The notes: a model not told the origin generated them from the sequence alone. A stretch of DNA of 64,000 nucleotides from Gammaproteobacteria bacterium (GCA_965215365.1 CBDCDS010000003.1:96001-160000); one strand, 5' to 3'. Positions 9,223-19,900 are shown, numbered from the stretch's first letter. Program-made: numbers and translations.

Positions 9223-10110
9223 TAGCCCTTGTATCGACGCCTGCTCCGACGTGACGGACCAGGTGGGAATGTCAAATAAGGCAAACGCCTGCTCATACTG
9301 GCGCAACAGCGACCGGCTGCCAACCAGTGTGACGCCCTGCTTAACCGGGCAAAGCTCTAAGCCGGCGCCGATTTCCGCGCCGATTAACAAGCCGGACAGG
9401 TAGCTGGCATGGGTGCCGCAAAGTGATTCTTGCGTCAGCAGGCGCGACCGGATGGAGAACACATGGTGGGCAAATCCCCCCGGTTTTTTGCTGACGCGAA
9501 TCCCTTCTTCAAAGGCATCCGCAGCAAAATCCTCGTGCCGGATTATTGCTCGCACGGAGGCCGCGCGTCTGATTGAGGCAAACAGTTCGCCGGTCAGGAA
9601 CGTGGCAAAGTCGCGGATCGTAGCGCCGTCGTAACGCACCCACTTGCTGTGGGTGCCGGGCAAACACACTATGTCGCCACCGGCCGTTGCTGCCGTTCCC
9701 AGAACCTGGGTTTCCTCGCCGCGCATCACGTCCGTAAACGCCAGACTACCACAGCTCAGGCCGGGGACAATGAACGTCGGGTGGTCCTGCATATCGGGAA
9801 CCCGCACCAGATGTTTACCCAGATCGTCAACCGTAGCCGGACACTTCAGGTAGTTGGTCTCAACCCAGCCCTCGCGGCTGCCGACCATGCCGGACATAAA
9901 CACCGGCAGGCCCGGCGCATGTTCAAGCCAGCTACCGCAGGCATCGTATAAAACACTGGCAAAGCCACCTTGCTGTACCTTGAATATACCGTGGTCGTTG
10001 TCCGTTTGCGCGCGCACCGCTCCATCCGCAGCGAGCAGGTACGCCCGGAAGTGGCTTGAGCCCCAATCTACCGCCACCATGGCTGCATCCCCCGACATAA
10101 TTGCTGCCAT
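9166..10110 (-). CDS. dgoK: 2-dehydro-3-deoxygalactonokinase with C-terminus replaced by MITE sequence
   Basis: VDWGSSHFRA, SGMVGSREGW, DVMRGEETQ, PGTHSKW, FLTGELF, YLSGLLIGAE; RBS GGGAGG before ATG 10110. Confidence 0.9.
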   Translation of the reverse strand: MAAIMSGDAAMVAVDWGSSHFRAYLLAADGAVRAQTDNDHGIFKVQQGGFASVLYDACGSWLEHAPGLPVFMSGMVGSREGWVETNYLKCPATVDDLGKHLVRVPDMQDHPTFIVPGLSCGSLAFTDVMRGEETQVLGTAATAGGDIVCLPGTHSKWVRYDGATIRDFATFLTGELFASIRRAASVRAIIRHEDFAADAFEEGIRVSKKPGGFAHHVFSIRSRLLTQESLCGTHASYLSGLLIGAEIGAGLELCPVKQGVTLVGSRSLLRQYEQAFALFDIPTWSVTSEQASIQGLTRISHPVACRLMKHDGSQ

Positions 10111-10460
10111 TATTCCTCCCGGTGTAACAGCAATGGCAGTAGCGCTGGCGCTTGCCCGGCGCGCACTGCAACCACCAGCGGCGCCCAAGCGCCGGCGTTG
10201 GCGGTGATACGCAAGCGAATCAGGGTCGGCAGGCGCGCGGCATCGCCCCATTCATCATGCCAGGCAGGTTCGGTATTCGGGGCATTGTGGCCGAAATAAT
10301 CCAGCGCAATCCCCTCTATATCTTCCAGCAGGGTGACTTTTTCCGCATCATCAAAGATGTCTTCCTCAAGCATGTCCTGGTCTCTGGTTAACGGCGTGTA
10401 GTCGAGCAACAAGGTCTCCCGTCCGCTTCTGAGTCTCAGAAAATACACGCCGCCGCCGGC
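10110..10460 (-). pseudogene. gspJ: 3' fragment of type II secretion protein J
   Basis: LLEDIEGIALDYFG...AWHDEW...LPTLIRLRI...WAPLVVA resembles GspJ C-terminus; no prepilin N-terminus. Confidence 0.65.
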
Positions 10461-10612
10461 TCAGCCTCAACGCGCCCTTGAACCTGCGGCGGCGCCTGGG
10501 TTGACAGCCGACTGCAAGCCCCCGCCGACAGGAGCAACAACCCCACCGCACCTGCTGTCACAAAGCTCTGAGTAGATATAATCCGCAAACTGAATGACCC
10601 AATGCCATACAT
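10460..10612 (-). pseudogene. N-terminal stub of a lipoprotein gene, joined out of frame to the gspJ fragment
   Basis: GAVGLLLLSAGAC lipobox-like signal followed by a short linker, then frame ends. Confidence 0.35.
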
Positions 10613-10821
10613 TACAAAACCATTTCCCACGGCCGGCACTCCGCTTGCGTTGCATGAAAAGAATGTAAAGAATTGTAATAATTATAACACAATTACAGAC
10701 AGCCCCCCCCTAATATCAACAAGAAAGTTAAGCTGTTTTATTTTTCAAATAACGTAGCAGGACTACAAACAGCGGCAACAACCTGTTGTGCTATTTCGAC
10801 GGCACTGGCGGCGCGCGACAC

Positions 10822-10838
10822 TTGTAGTTTATTTACAT
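10822..10838. promoter_or_regulatory. Putative RpiR/HexR-type operator
   Basis: TTGTAGTTTATTTACAT upstream of first GH123-like gene. Confidence 0.5.
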
Positions 10839-10928
10839 TGATTTTTAAGTGCAATAATAAATTACATTTTTGGACAGCGCTCTGCTATGCTTGCTGCCGT
10901 GCAGGGTCAAGCTCTGGGGGATTGCGCC

Positions 10929-13157
10929 ATGTTCAGATACATATTCGGCTGTGTGGGCCGTTGCTTGGGGGCGCGCCTGCCGGCGCCTGTGCGATGGGTT
11001 CTGCCACTACTGTTTCTGGTGGCGCCGCCAGCCTTTGCACAAACCGAACGCGCGCCGTCTTTTCCCCCTGGCACCGAAATCGGTGAGCTGGTTTTCAAAA
11101 AAGGTGTGCCCACAGGCGACATTGTCCTGCCGTCAGCCAGGGGGGGTGATGTTGATCCTGCAATCAATAACGGTGAACTCAGCGATTACAGCTTCGATCC
11201 GGCAAAATTACCGCCCGGCCTGGACTTTAACCGATTTACCCGCATCCTCAGCGGCACACCGAAATATACCATGCAGAAGCGAACCTATCATTTGTGGGTG
11301 CACGACGATGACGAGAACTGGTCGAGGTCTGATGCAGATTCCCTGCATTTCAGTATTGAAGTCATGGATGACAAGCAACAAACCGCCGTAAACAGCGTTG
11401 AACAGGCCGCTAAAGAAGAGGTCGCAAGTGCGCCGGCCAGGTTTGCCGCCGATTGACGATTACATCTACTATCAGCAGCAGGACTTGAAGAGGTCGCAAG
11501 TGCGCCGGCCAGGTTTGCCGCCTCCTTCGAATCCGAATTCCAATGGTTCAATAAGGATAAAAGACCCGGACTGTCAGGGGCAACTACATGGAACAGTACC
11601 GTTTGGCGCGGAGAACGCATACAGAAGCACATCCTGGTGACGCGCGCATCATCACGCGACAGGATTTCCATCAGCGCCGGTGATTTTGAAAGCCCGGCGG
11701 GCGTTATCCCGGCTGAGGCGTTGACGTTTCGCTATCCGCAATTTGTCAAGGGCGATATTGAGGCGCGTGATTGTGAAGGCTACCCGCAGCGCGCCGAAGC
11801 CGTATTTCTGTCCGACGCGTTGTTTCCACAACAGCCGCGACGGCAGGCGGGTTCCTATCCGGTCATGATCTGGGCGTCAATCGATATACCGGCGGACTCC
11901 CGACCCGGCGAGTATGTCGGCAATATTACCGTGAGTGCAACGTCAGGAGAGCAGCAAACCCTGCAGGTGGCATTGCGTGTGACACTATGGGCTATGCCCT
12001 CTCAACGACCGTTCCATTTGGACCTCTGGCAATTTCCCGTATCCGTGCTGGACCGTTACAACGATGCCAACGCAAGAAAGATAAAAGTCTGGTCTGAGCA
12101 ACACTATGCATTGTTGGAACCCACCTACCGCTATCTCGCAGAATTAGGCCAGCGCACTGTTACCACCTATATCAAGGAAGGCGCGTTTGCCGCGCCGTCA
12201 ATGATCCGCTGGATTGCCTTAGAGGGCGGCACGCGCTGGGATTATGACTACGCTGTGTTTGATGCACATGTCGAGCGTCTTGCCGAATGGGGTATTGATG
12301 ACCAAATCAGCGCGTTCTCCCCGATAGGGTGGAACAAGGATGAGCTGCCCTTTTGGGATGCAGCCACCGGCGCCAGTAAAGTATTCAAGTACAGTATAGG
12401 CTCAAAAGAATATAACGCCTTGTGGAACCACTTTCTCACCGATTTCAGAAAACATCTGGTTGAAAAAGGCTGGTTTGAAAAAACCGTGCTGTATATGGAT
12501 GAGGTGCCCAAAGAAGAAATGGAGTCGGTCATCGGTCTGATTCGCTTCAATGACAAGGATTGGAAAATCGGTCTGACCTACGGCCATGCCCCGGGAGTTA
12601 ACGTCATCGCCAGTCTGTATGACGTATCCGGATACTACGAAAGCGAAATTGAAGTACAGACGTACCCGGGGCAGGTCACCACGTTTTACACCAGTTGCTC
12701 GCTCCAACGCCCGAACAACTACGTGGCCGCCGATGCCAATCCGGCGGACATGACGGCCATGCCCTAGTATGCCATGTACCGGGGACACGACGGTTATTTA
12801 CGCTGGGCCTTCGACAACTGGAAGTCTTATGAGCCGCTGGACTTGCAGGAGGGCTCGTTTACAGCAGGCGATTTTTCCTTCGTTTACCGAAGCAGCAACG
12901 ACAAGGATATGACCATGATACCCAGCGTCAGGTCGGAACTGCTGCGGGACGGCATTGAGGATTATGAAAAGGCGCTGACACTGTACAAGACGATGCTGAA
13001 ATGCAAAAAAGAGGATTTACTGAGCGGTCTGGAGGAGACGATCAACACTTTTTCAACCGAGCGGTTGCTGGCCGGACAGGCGAGTGAGCTGATCATCCAG
13101 GCGCGTAGGCAACTGCATGAACTATCACAATCGACAACGCCTGACCTGTGTCAATAG
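10929..13157 (+). pseudogene. Ig-like domain + GH123/DUF4091 beta-N-acetylgalactosaminidase-like gene with two in-frame stops
   Basis: ORFs 10887, 11637 and 12774 share one frame; signal peptide, LPPGLDFN..LSGTP Ig motif, WRGER, FHLDLWQ, YMDE, GYLRWAFDNW, LRDGIEDYEK; stops TGA 11454 and TAG 12765. Confidence 0.85.
11415..11522 (+). repeat. Perfect 36-bp direct repeats (11415-11450, 11487-11522) around a 36-bp unique insert
   Basis: GAAGAGGTCGCAAGTGCGCCGGCCAGGTTTGCCGCC twice; flanking bases differ on both sides. Confidence 0.95.
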
Positions 13158-13162
13158 CCTCA

Positions 13163-14311
13163 TCAGGGCCACAGACTGTGCGTCTGCAATGCTTCAAGCA
13201 ACCGCGCGACCGTCCATATCTCAATACCGTCCTCGGTTCGGAAGGTACGAGCACCGTCATAAACCAGCACGCGGCGCGCCAGTCCCGGCAGTTTTTCGAT
13301 TGCGCGTAATCCTTTCAGCAAACCGGTGTTATAGCGACTTGCCGCCTTCGTCTCAATAGCGAGATATTCGTTGTCACGGGTCAGCAGAAAATCGACTTCT
13401 GTCCGGGATTCGAGCGGCGCCCAATAATAAATGTCATCAAACACCGGCTGTTCCGCCGCGTGCGCGCGCAGGAGGCCTAGTATCCAACCCTCGAACAAAG
13501 CGCCTCGTTCCTCCATTGATACGGGCCCGAACTGGCGTTTCACGGCTCGCACCAAACCCGGGTCCACCCAGTAGAGTTTCGGGCGCCGCCGTTCCCGCAC
13601 CCGCAGTTTTGCTTCATAAGCGGGCAACCTCCAGGTGAGTAGTGTGTCTTCCAACACATCCAGGTAGCCGCTAACGGTCGTACGCGCCACGCCGGCGTCC
13701 CGGGCAATGCCGGTTACATTCAGGGTCTGTCCATGCAACAGCGCGGCAACCGGCAGGAAACGCACGAAACCGGGCAGGTTGCGAACAGCCGCCTGCGCAC
13801 GAATCTCTTCCCGCAGGTACAGTTGTGTATAGCTTTCCAGCACTTCACGGCGGTCCTCGGCCGCCCATACCAGGGGAATGCTGCCGTGCCTGAGCACATC
13901 GTCCAGCTTGAAATCGGCGCCGAGTTCCTGTGGAACCAGCGGATACATGGCTTTGCGGCTTGCGCGCCCGGCCAGCAGGTTCGTCCCCGCGGTCTTGAGT
14001 TTGCGGGCGCTGGAACCCAGTAGCGCAAAACGCAGCCCGCGCCCCTCAATCAGCCGGTGCACTTCATTCAGGAGAGAGGGTATGCGCTGCACCTCGTCGA
14101 TAACAATCCACTCGTCACTTGCGACATTGGTGGTCAGCTGCCGGAACAGCGATGGGGCTGCCAGCAGATCATGGAACAACGCTTCATCCAGCAAGTCGAT
14201 GTGCAGAGCGCCGGGCAGGATGTCTCGCGCCCATGAGCTTTTGCCAACGCCGCGCACACCGAACAGAAAAAAGCTGCGCGCAGGTAACCGAGTGATCCTT
14301 TGGTATAGCAT
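13163..14311 (-). CDS. AAA+ ATPase (AAA_14) with DUF4143 domain
   Basis: GVRGVGKS Walker A, IDEVQR Walker B, LGSS, LAGRA, KLYWVDPG, EVDFLL..LAIETK. Confidence 0.88.
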   Translation of the reverse strand: MLYQRITRLPARSFFLFGVRGVGKSSWARDILPGALHIDLLDEALFHDLLAAPSLFRQLTTNVASDEWIVIDEVQRIPSLLNEVHRLIEGRGLRFALLGSSARKLKTAGTNLLAGRASRKAMYPLVPQELGADFKLDDVLRHGSIPLVWAAEDRREVLESYTQLYLREEIRAQAAVRNLPGFVRFLPVAALLHGQTLNVTGIARDAGVARTTVSGYLDVLEDTLLTWRLPAYEAKLRVRERRRPKLYWVDPGLVRAVKRQFGPVSMEERGALFEGWILGLLRAHAAEQPVFDDIYYWAPLESRTEVDFLLTRDNEYLAIETKAASRYNTGLLKGLRAIEKLPGLARRVLVYDGARTFRTEDGIEIWTVARLLEALQTHSLWP

Positions 14312-14434
14312 AAAGTCAAAAATAGCCGAAAAAAGACGATATAGCAAGCAATATTTGAAAAACTATGGATACAGTGGGTGCTCCCAAGACACCGACAGTC
14401 CTTGGCCGTTGTGTCGAGGTTGAGTTTCATCAAA

Positions 14435-14451
14435 ATGTAGCAATATTACTT
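14435..14451. promoter_or_regulatory. Putative RpiR/HexR-type operator
   Basis: ATGTAGCAATATTACTT upstream of second GH123-like gene. Confidence 0.5.
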
Positions 14452-14543
14452 TCTGAAAAACATTTTGAAAACTTATTGCATTTTTATGGCGGCTGGTTTA
14501 GCATCGGCATAGAAGATTTGATTTAGCGTTGGGGGACGTGGTT

Positions 14544-16973
14544 ATGAGCAAATTTTTGACGAGGGGTGATCTGCATCATCGGCGAGTCCGGGGGCGGATA
14601 TCATCTGCGTTATTATTGTTAAGCTGTTGTCCGAACCTGATACTCAAAAATCTAGGCGTGAGCTTGCCGTGGGTTTTTCTGCTGCTGTTCCTTGTTGTCC
14701 CGCAAGCTTTTGCGCAAACCATCACACTCACGGCAACGGCCGGGCAGGGCCGGGTGGAGTTATCCTGGACACGAATAACCGGGGCAGGAGGGTACGATCT
14801 GTATTTTTGCGAGGGTGCCACCTGTACCGTCCCCACCTCCTCATTCCGCTACCCCCGGTTTGTCGCCGGTCATACCGAGGCGCGCAGTTGCAGCGTGGAT
14901 TACCAGCAAGAGAATACAACCGCTTACCTGTCCGATGCGCTGTTTGCCAAGCCGCCCCGGGCATTGCCGCCGCGGTGGCCCGAGCTGGTGTGGATGGCGG
15001 TGGATATCCCTGCCGACACTCCCGCCGGAGACTACTCCGGTACGGTGACTGTCAGCGCAGTCTCGGCAGAGACTACCACTGCCATGACCACGCTTGAGGT
15101 CTCGATTCAGGTTGTCCCGTGGACTCTGCCCGATGCAGAAAACCGGCAGTTCCACTTGGACTTGTGGCAGTTCCCCGTGTCCGTGCTGGATCGGTATAAC
15201 GATGCCAATCCGGATGACCTCATAGAGCTCTGGTCTGAGGCGCATTACGCCTTGCTGGAGCCCACCTACCGTTATCTGGCCGGCCTCGGCCAGCGCACCG
15301 TGACCACCTACATCAAAGAAGGCGCGCTGGGCGCGCCGTCCATGATTCAGTGGACGCTCAAGAGAGACGGCAGTTGGGAATACGATTATTCAGTATTTGA
15401 TACCTATGTGGAACGTCTTGCCGGCTGGGGGATCGATCGGCAGATCAGTGCATTCTCTCCGTTAGGCTGGAACAAAGGTGAGGTCCCCTATTGGGACGAG
15501 GCCAGTCAAAGCAAGATAACCTTCAGCGCCGAGGTAGGGTCCGCTGACTGGAATGAGCGCTGGGAGCATTTTCTGACGGATTTCCGGGCGCACCTGTTGG
15601 AAGAAGGATGGCTCGATAGAACGGTCATCTATTTGGACGAATCTTCCGCGGCAGAGGTGCAGGCCGTGCTCGATCTGGTAGGGAGTATTGATGATAACTG
15701 GAAAGTCGGGTCGGCTTATATCGGTTCCGGGCAGGACGGCCCCGGCGCAAGCATTCTCAGCAAGCTGTATGACGCTTCGGGTTCATTGGAGTACCGGTCT
15801 GCCATCGGCAGAACTTATGTGGACACCGGGCTGGTAACGGGCGAAACCTACCGCTATGCAGTGGATGCTGCCGCAGGTCCCGGCAACGCCAGCGCTCTTT
15901 CTTCCCCCGTTACGCTGGTGGCGCAGGTCCCCGCCGTGCCGGGACCACCCACCGACTTGACGGCGCTGAACATGTCGGGCGGAATTCAGTTGAACTGGAC
16001 CGAGCCCGCAGCAACCGGCAGCAGCGCTCTGACTGGCCATAACATTTATCGCTGCATCGATGTTGGCACTTCCTGTGCGCCGGCCTGGTTTGACAGTGTG
16101 ATCTCCGGCGCCACCTACACCGACTCCGATGTAACGGCGAGTACGAGCTATCGTTATACGGTGGAAGCCTGTAACGCCACCGGGGGCGGGAACCATTCCG
16201 GCGAGATAGCGGCGACGAGTGAGGTTACGGTCAATGTGCAGCCGAGTGACTCCCGTGATACAGCCGGAACCGGCGCAACGCCGCAAGCTCAGTCAGCGCC
16301 GACTGTGCCGACCGGTGTGACGGCGTTTGCCGCAAGCGCCACGGCAATTCAACTCGGCTGGGAGGGGAGCGCCGCCGCCGGCTTTGACGTGTACCGTTGC
16401 GTCGGGTCGCAGACCTGCACGCCTGACATCTATCTGGGCTGGGCTTATGCGGATAACCATGTCCCCGACCCGGCGCGGATAAGCACGTTCTACACAAGTT
16501 GCGCGCAACCGCGCCCGAACAGCTTCGTCGCTGCCAACGCAGATCCGACAGACCTGTCCGCGCTGCCCTGGCATGCGCTGCAAAGACGCCGGGACGGCTA
16601 CCTGCGTTGGGCGTTTGACAACTGGAGAGTTCCTGAGCCGCTGGACCTGCGTGAAGGGGCCTTTACCGCCGGGGATTACTCACTGGTTTACCGGAGCAGC
16701 AATGACAGGAGCATGACAGTCGTGCCCAGTATTCGTGCGGAGCTGTTGCGCGCCGGCATTGAAGACTTTGAGAAGGTGCAGGTATTACGTAACAGCTTGT
16801 CGGACTGCGCGGCGGACGAACTCGCCGGCAGGTGGCTGGAGCGGCTGGAGATGACGGTGGATACCTTCTCTGCCGCGCCGCTGGTGGCCGGCCGGGCCGC
16901 TGACCTCATCCGTCAGGCGCATAACCGGCTTGATGAAATCTCCTTGCAACTGACGCCGGACCGGTGTCGGTAG
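14544..16973 (+). CDS. Chimeric secreted protein: GH123/DUF4091-like domain interleaved with fibronectin type III domains
   Basis: Clear similarity to 11637-13157 paralog (FHLDLWQFPVSVLDRYNDAN, YLDE, GYLRWAFDNW) with FN3 segments at about 14720-14843 and 15800-16450. Confidence 0.85.
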   Translation: MSKFLTRGDLHHRRVRGRISSALLLLSCCPNLILKNLGVSLPWVFLLLFLVVPQAFAQTITLTATAGQGRVELSWTRITGAGGYDLYFCEGATCTVPTSSFRYPRFVAGHTEARSCSVDYQQENTTAYLSDALFAKPPRALPPRWPELVWMAVDIPADTPAGDYSGTVTVSAVSAETTTAMTTLEVSIQVVPWTLPDAENRQFHLDLWQFPVSVLDRYNDANPDDLIELWSEAHYALLEPTYRYLAGLGQRTVTTYIKEGALGAPSMIQWTLKRDGSWEYDYSVFDTYVERLAGWGIDRQISAFSPLGWNKGEVPYWDEASQSKITFSAEVGSADWNERWEHFLTDFRAHLLEEGWLDRTVIYLDESSAAEVQAVLDLVGSIDDNWKVGSAYIGSGQDGPGASILSKLYDASGSLEYRSAIGRTYVDTGLVTGETYRYAVDAAAGPGNASALSSPVTLVAQVPAVPGPPTDLTALNMSGGIQLNWTEPAATGSSALTGHNIYRCIDVGTSCAPAWFDSVISGATYTDSDVTASTSYRYTVEACNATGGGNHSGEIAATSEVTVNVQPSDSRDTAGTGATPQAQSAPTVPTGVTAFAASATAIQLGWEGSAAAGFDVYRCVGSQTCTPDIYLGWAYADNHVPDPARISTFYTSCAQPRPNSFVAANADPTDLSALPWHALQRRRDGYLRWAFDNWRVPEPLDLREGAFTAGDYSLVYRSSNDRSMTVVPSIRAELLRAGIEDFEKVQVLRNSLSDCAADELAGRWLERLEMTVDTFSAAPLVAGRAADLIRQAHNRLDEISLQLTPDRCR

Positions 16974-16991
16974 GGAACCAGAGGGTTATTC

Positions 16992-19900
16992 ATGAAAAAT
17001 ACTTTGTCCGTACTGTCACTGTTTCTGCTCTTTTTAAGCGCACAACAAGCTCATACTCACATGCCCCAGGCACCGTCGGATTTGACTGCAACGTCGGTCG
17101 ACAATGGTATCCGGCTGAGCTGGACGGCGCCGCCCAATCCCGGCGAAATAGCGGGTTACACCATCTATCGTTGTGAGGAAGGTGAGACGCCCTGCACGCC
17201 GACATTGATTAAATGGGTGGCGCATCCCGGAGATACGCCCCCACCGCCAACTTCATACACCGATGGCGGTGTTGCGGTCGTGGATGGCGTTATGATTGGG
17301 CTGGTCGCAGGCACAACCTACCGCTATCAGGTCACTGCAAGTTACACTATGGATTATCATGAAAGTTTCAGATCCAACGCAGTCACAGTACTGGCAGAGG
17401 GTGGCGCCGACCCGGCGCCTGAGCCTGAGCCCGAGTCTTCGATGTACCCCCCGGCGCCACCAACCGGGCTTACGGCAACACCCGGTGTGGACAGTATCGA
17501 CCTGAGCTGGAATGCCCCGTCCGATGATATAGCAGGCTACAGTATCTACCGCTGTGAGGAAGGCGAGACACCCTGCCAGCCAGAGTGGATTGCCTGGGTC
17601 GCGAACGAGGGTGATGTTCCCCCGGCGCCAACCTCATACACCGATGGCGGCGCGGCGGTCGTGGACGGCGTTATGGTCGGGCTGGTTGCAGGCACAACCT
17701 ACCGCTATGCCGTGACCTCAAACAATGTTGACAGCGCTGGCGACTATTATGAAAGTGACGACCGGTCTGAGGAAGTCACGGCGCTGGCAGCAGGTGATAC
17801 CGAACCGGAACCAGAACCCGAGCCCAAACCGGAACCAGAACCAGAACCAGAACCAGAACCGGCGAAGCCGGCAGTGACTCCCGAAGAAAAACAGGCGGCC
17901 CTGGAAGATGTCTCCGCCACTATGGGTCGTAATATGTTATCCGGCATTGTTACCACCATCGGTAACCGTTTTACCGCAGCGCCGGATGCTTCAAAATTTT
18001 CCTTGGCCGGCCGGCAGATGACCCTTGATGACTTGGCCGCGCGCGGGCGCGTGCTGGTACTGCACTCGGAAGATGACGATTACGAAGAGCAGGGTTTCAG
18101 CCTGTCGGCCGGCTTGCAACCGTATCGCGACGGCACCGGGTTGTCCCTGTCGGTAGCCCCGCGCTGGGGCGGCTCGGCCGCAGGCACAGCCGCCATGCTG
18201 TCCCCCGAGGGGTCCGGATTGTACAGCCGGAGCATTGCAGCACAGCGGCGCCGAGGCTCACTGCACACGGCGCTGAGCTACGGTTTTGCGAAACCGGAGA
18301 CAGGCGGCGTCACCACCCCGTTTGCGGAATTTGATGTGACCGATGGCGCCGGTTACAGGGCGAGACTGGGTACTCGCTACCAGTTGTCAGCCGCCGGTAA
18401 TACGTTAAAGCTGGAACTCTCGTCCGACCTCACGACAATGCCCACCCATGCGGCTGCGGCTGCCGACGACAGCCCGGCGCACGAGGTATGGCTGACGGCT
18501 GCCTTGCAGGGGCGCCCCTTTACATCCTCAGACGGGCGCCGCCGACGCGCGGGCCGGATCCTGGCGCAGGCGGATAGCGTCGATAGCACGACCACTAACC
18601 CGCAGCCGGACGAAGCCGCTGAGGACACAGTGGAAATAGAGGAAATCCGCGTCATCGGCAGCAGGTTTCAACGCAGCCTCAGCGATGCGCTGGATGAAAA
18701 ACGCCGGGCTGATGAGATTATCGAAGCGCTGTCGGCTGAGGATATCGGCGCGCTGCCGGATACCAGCGTGGCGGAATCCCTGGCCAAACTGCCCGGTGTT
18801 TCATATACACGCAATGCTTTCGGCGCCAATAACCTTTCCATTCGCGGCCTGGGCGCGGTATTAACCAACGGCACTTTGAATGGCCGCGACCTTGCCAGCG
18901 AATGGGGCGACAGAAGTGTATCCTTCAACATGTTTCCCGCCGAGTTGATAGCCCGCGCCAGTTTATACAAGGCGCCAGCTGCGAGTCACGTGGAGGGTGG
19001 TATCGGTGGCACCTTGAACCTGCGCACGGCCCGCGCCCTGGAGTGGGGCGAACGCTATGTCGTAGCCAATGTGCGCGGCCGCTACAACGACCTGGCTGGC
19101 GACCTCCCGGACAGCGAGGAGTTCGGTTATCGCGGCAGCGTTGCCTACCTTGATCAGTTTGCCAATGATACCGTTGGCATTGCCATCGGCTATGCCGGGC
19201 AATACGCCCCGCTGGTCGGCGCTGACTCGCAGATCTACGAATCGAGAACAGTCGGGTTTGGTGGCGCCATTGATGGCATCCCGGCAGGCGTCGGCGCCAC
19301 CAACGATTTCAATATCCCTTATGGAGCCGAATACAGCTTTTTCAGCGGTGCCAGTGAGCGCCATTCGGTTCTGGGCGCCATTCAATGGCAGCCCGTTGAG
19401 AATTTCGAGATTAACATCGACGCGTTCTTTTCCGCATTCGAGCAGAGTAACAGCGGCGCTGGTCTGCGGCTGGCCGGCGGCCTGGGTTCATTTGGTAACA
19501 GGTGGAGCAACGTGCAGACGGACGGTTTTAATGTTGCCGGAGCAACTGTAGCCTGTCTGCATGATGAGCAGCCCAACAACTGCGCCGATCGAGGTTGGGG
19601 GCAGGACCTCGGCGCATTTAACGCGCGTGATGACGGTGACAGTACATTGCACAGCTATGGCATCGAAGGTCAATGGTCTGCCGGCGCGCTGACACTGGTG
19701 TATGATTTTTCCTGGTCCAAAGCGGAGGGTGAAGATGCCTATACCACCGTTGGTTATCGGCCCTATAACGGCATGCCGGATGCACTCGAACTGGTGCGGC
19801 CGGTTGCAACTTTCGGAGAAAATGATGCAGGTGCTGCCTTTCTGACCTCGCCGCTGGATTTTACCGATCTGGCCACCAACCGGATCGATGCTTTGCGTCT

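Noticed and set aside
11415-11522. Functional CRISPR array
   Set aside because: One spacer only, the repeat is host coding sequence, no leader or cas genes in the window; kept as a possible ectopic event
12765-12767. Pyrrolysine or programmed read-through
   Set aside because: Paralog has TGG, no pyl genes are seen and the gene has a second lesion
17065-17795. Diversity-generating retroelement template/variable repeats in the duplicated FN3 units
   Set aside because: No reverse transcriptase in the window and differences are not confined to adenines
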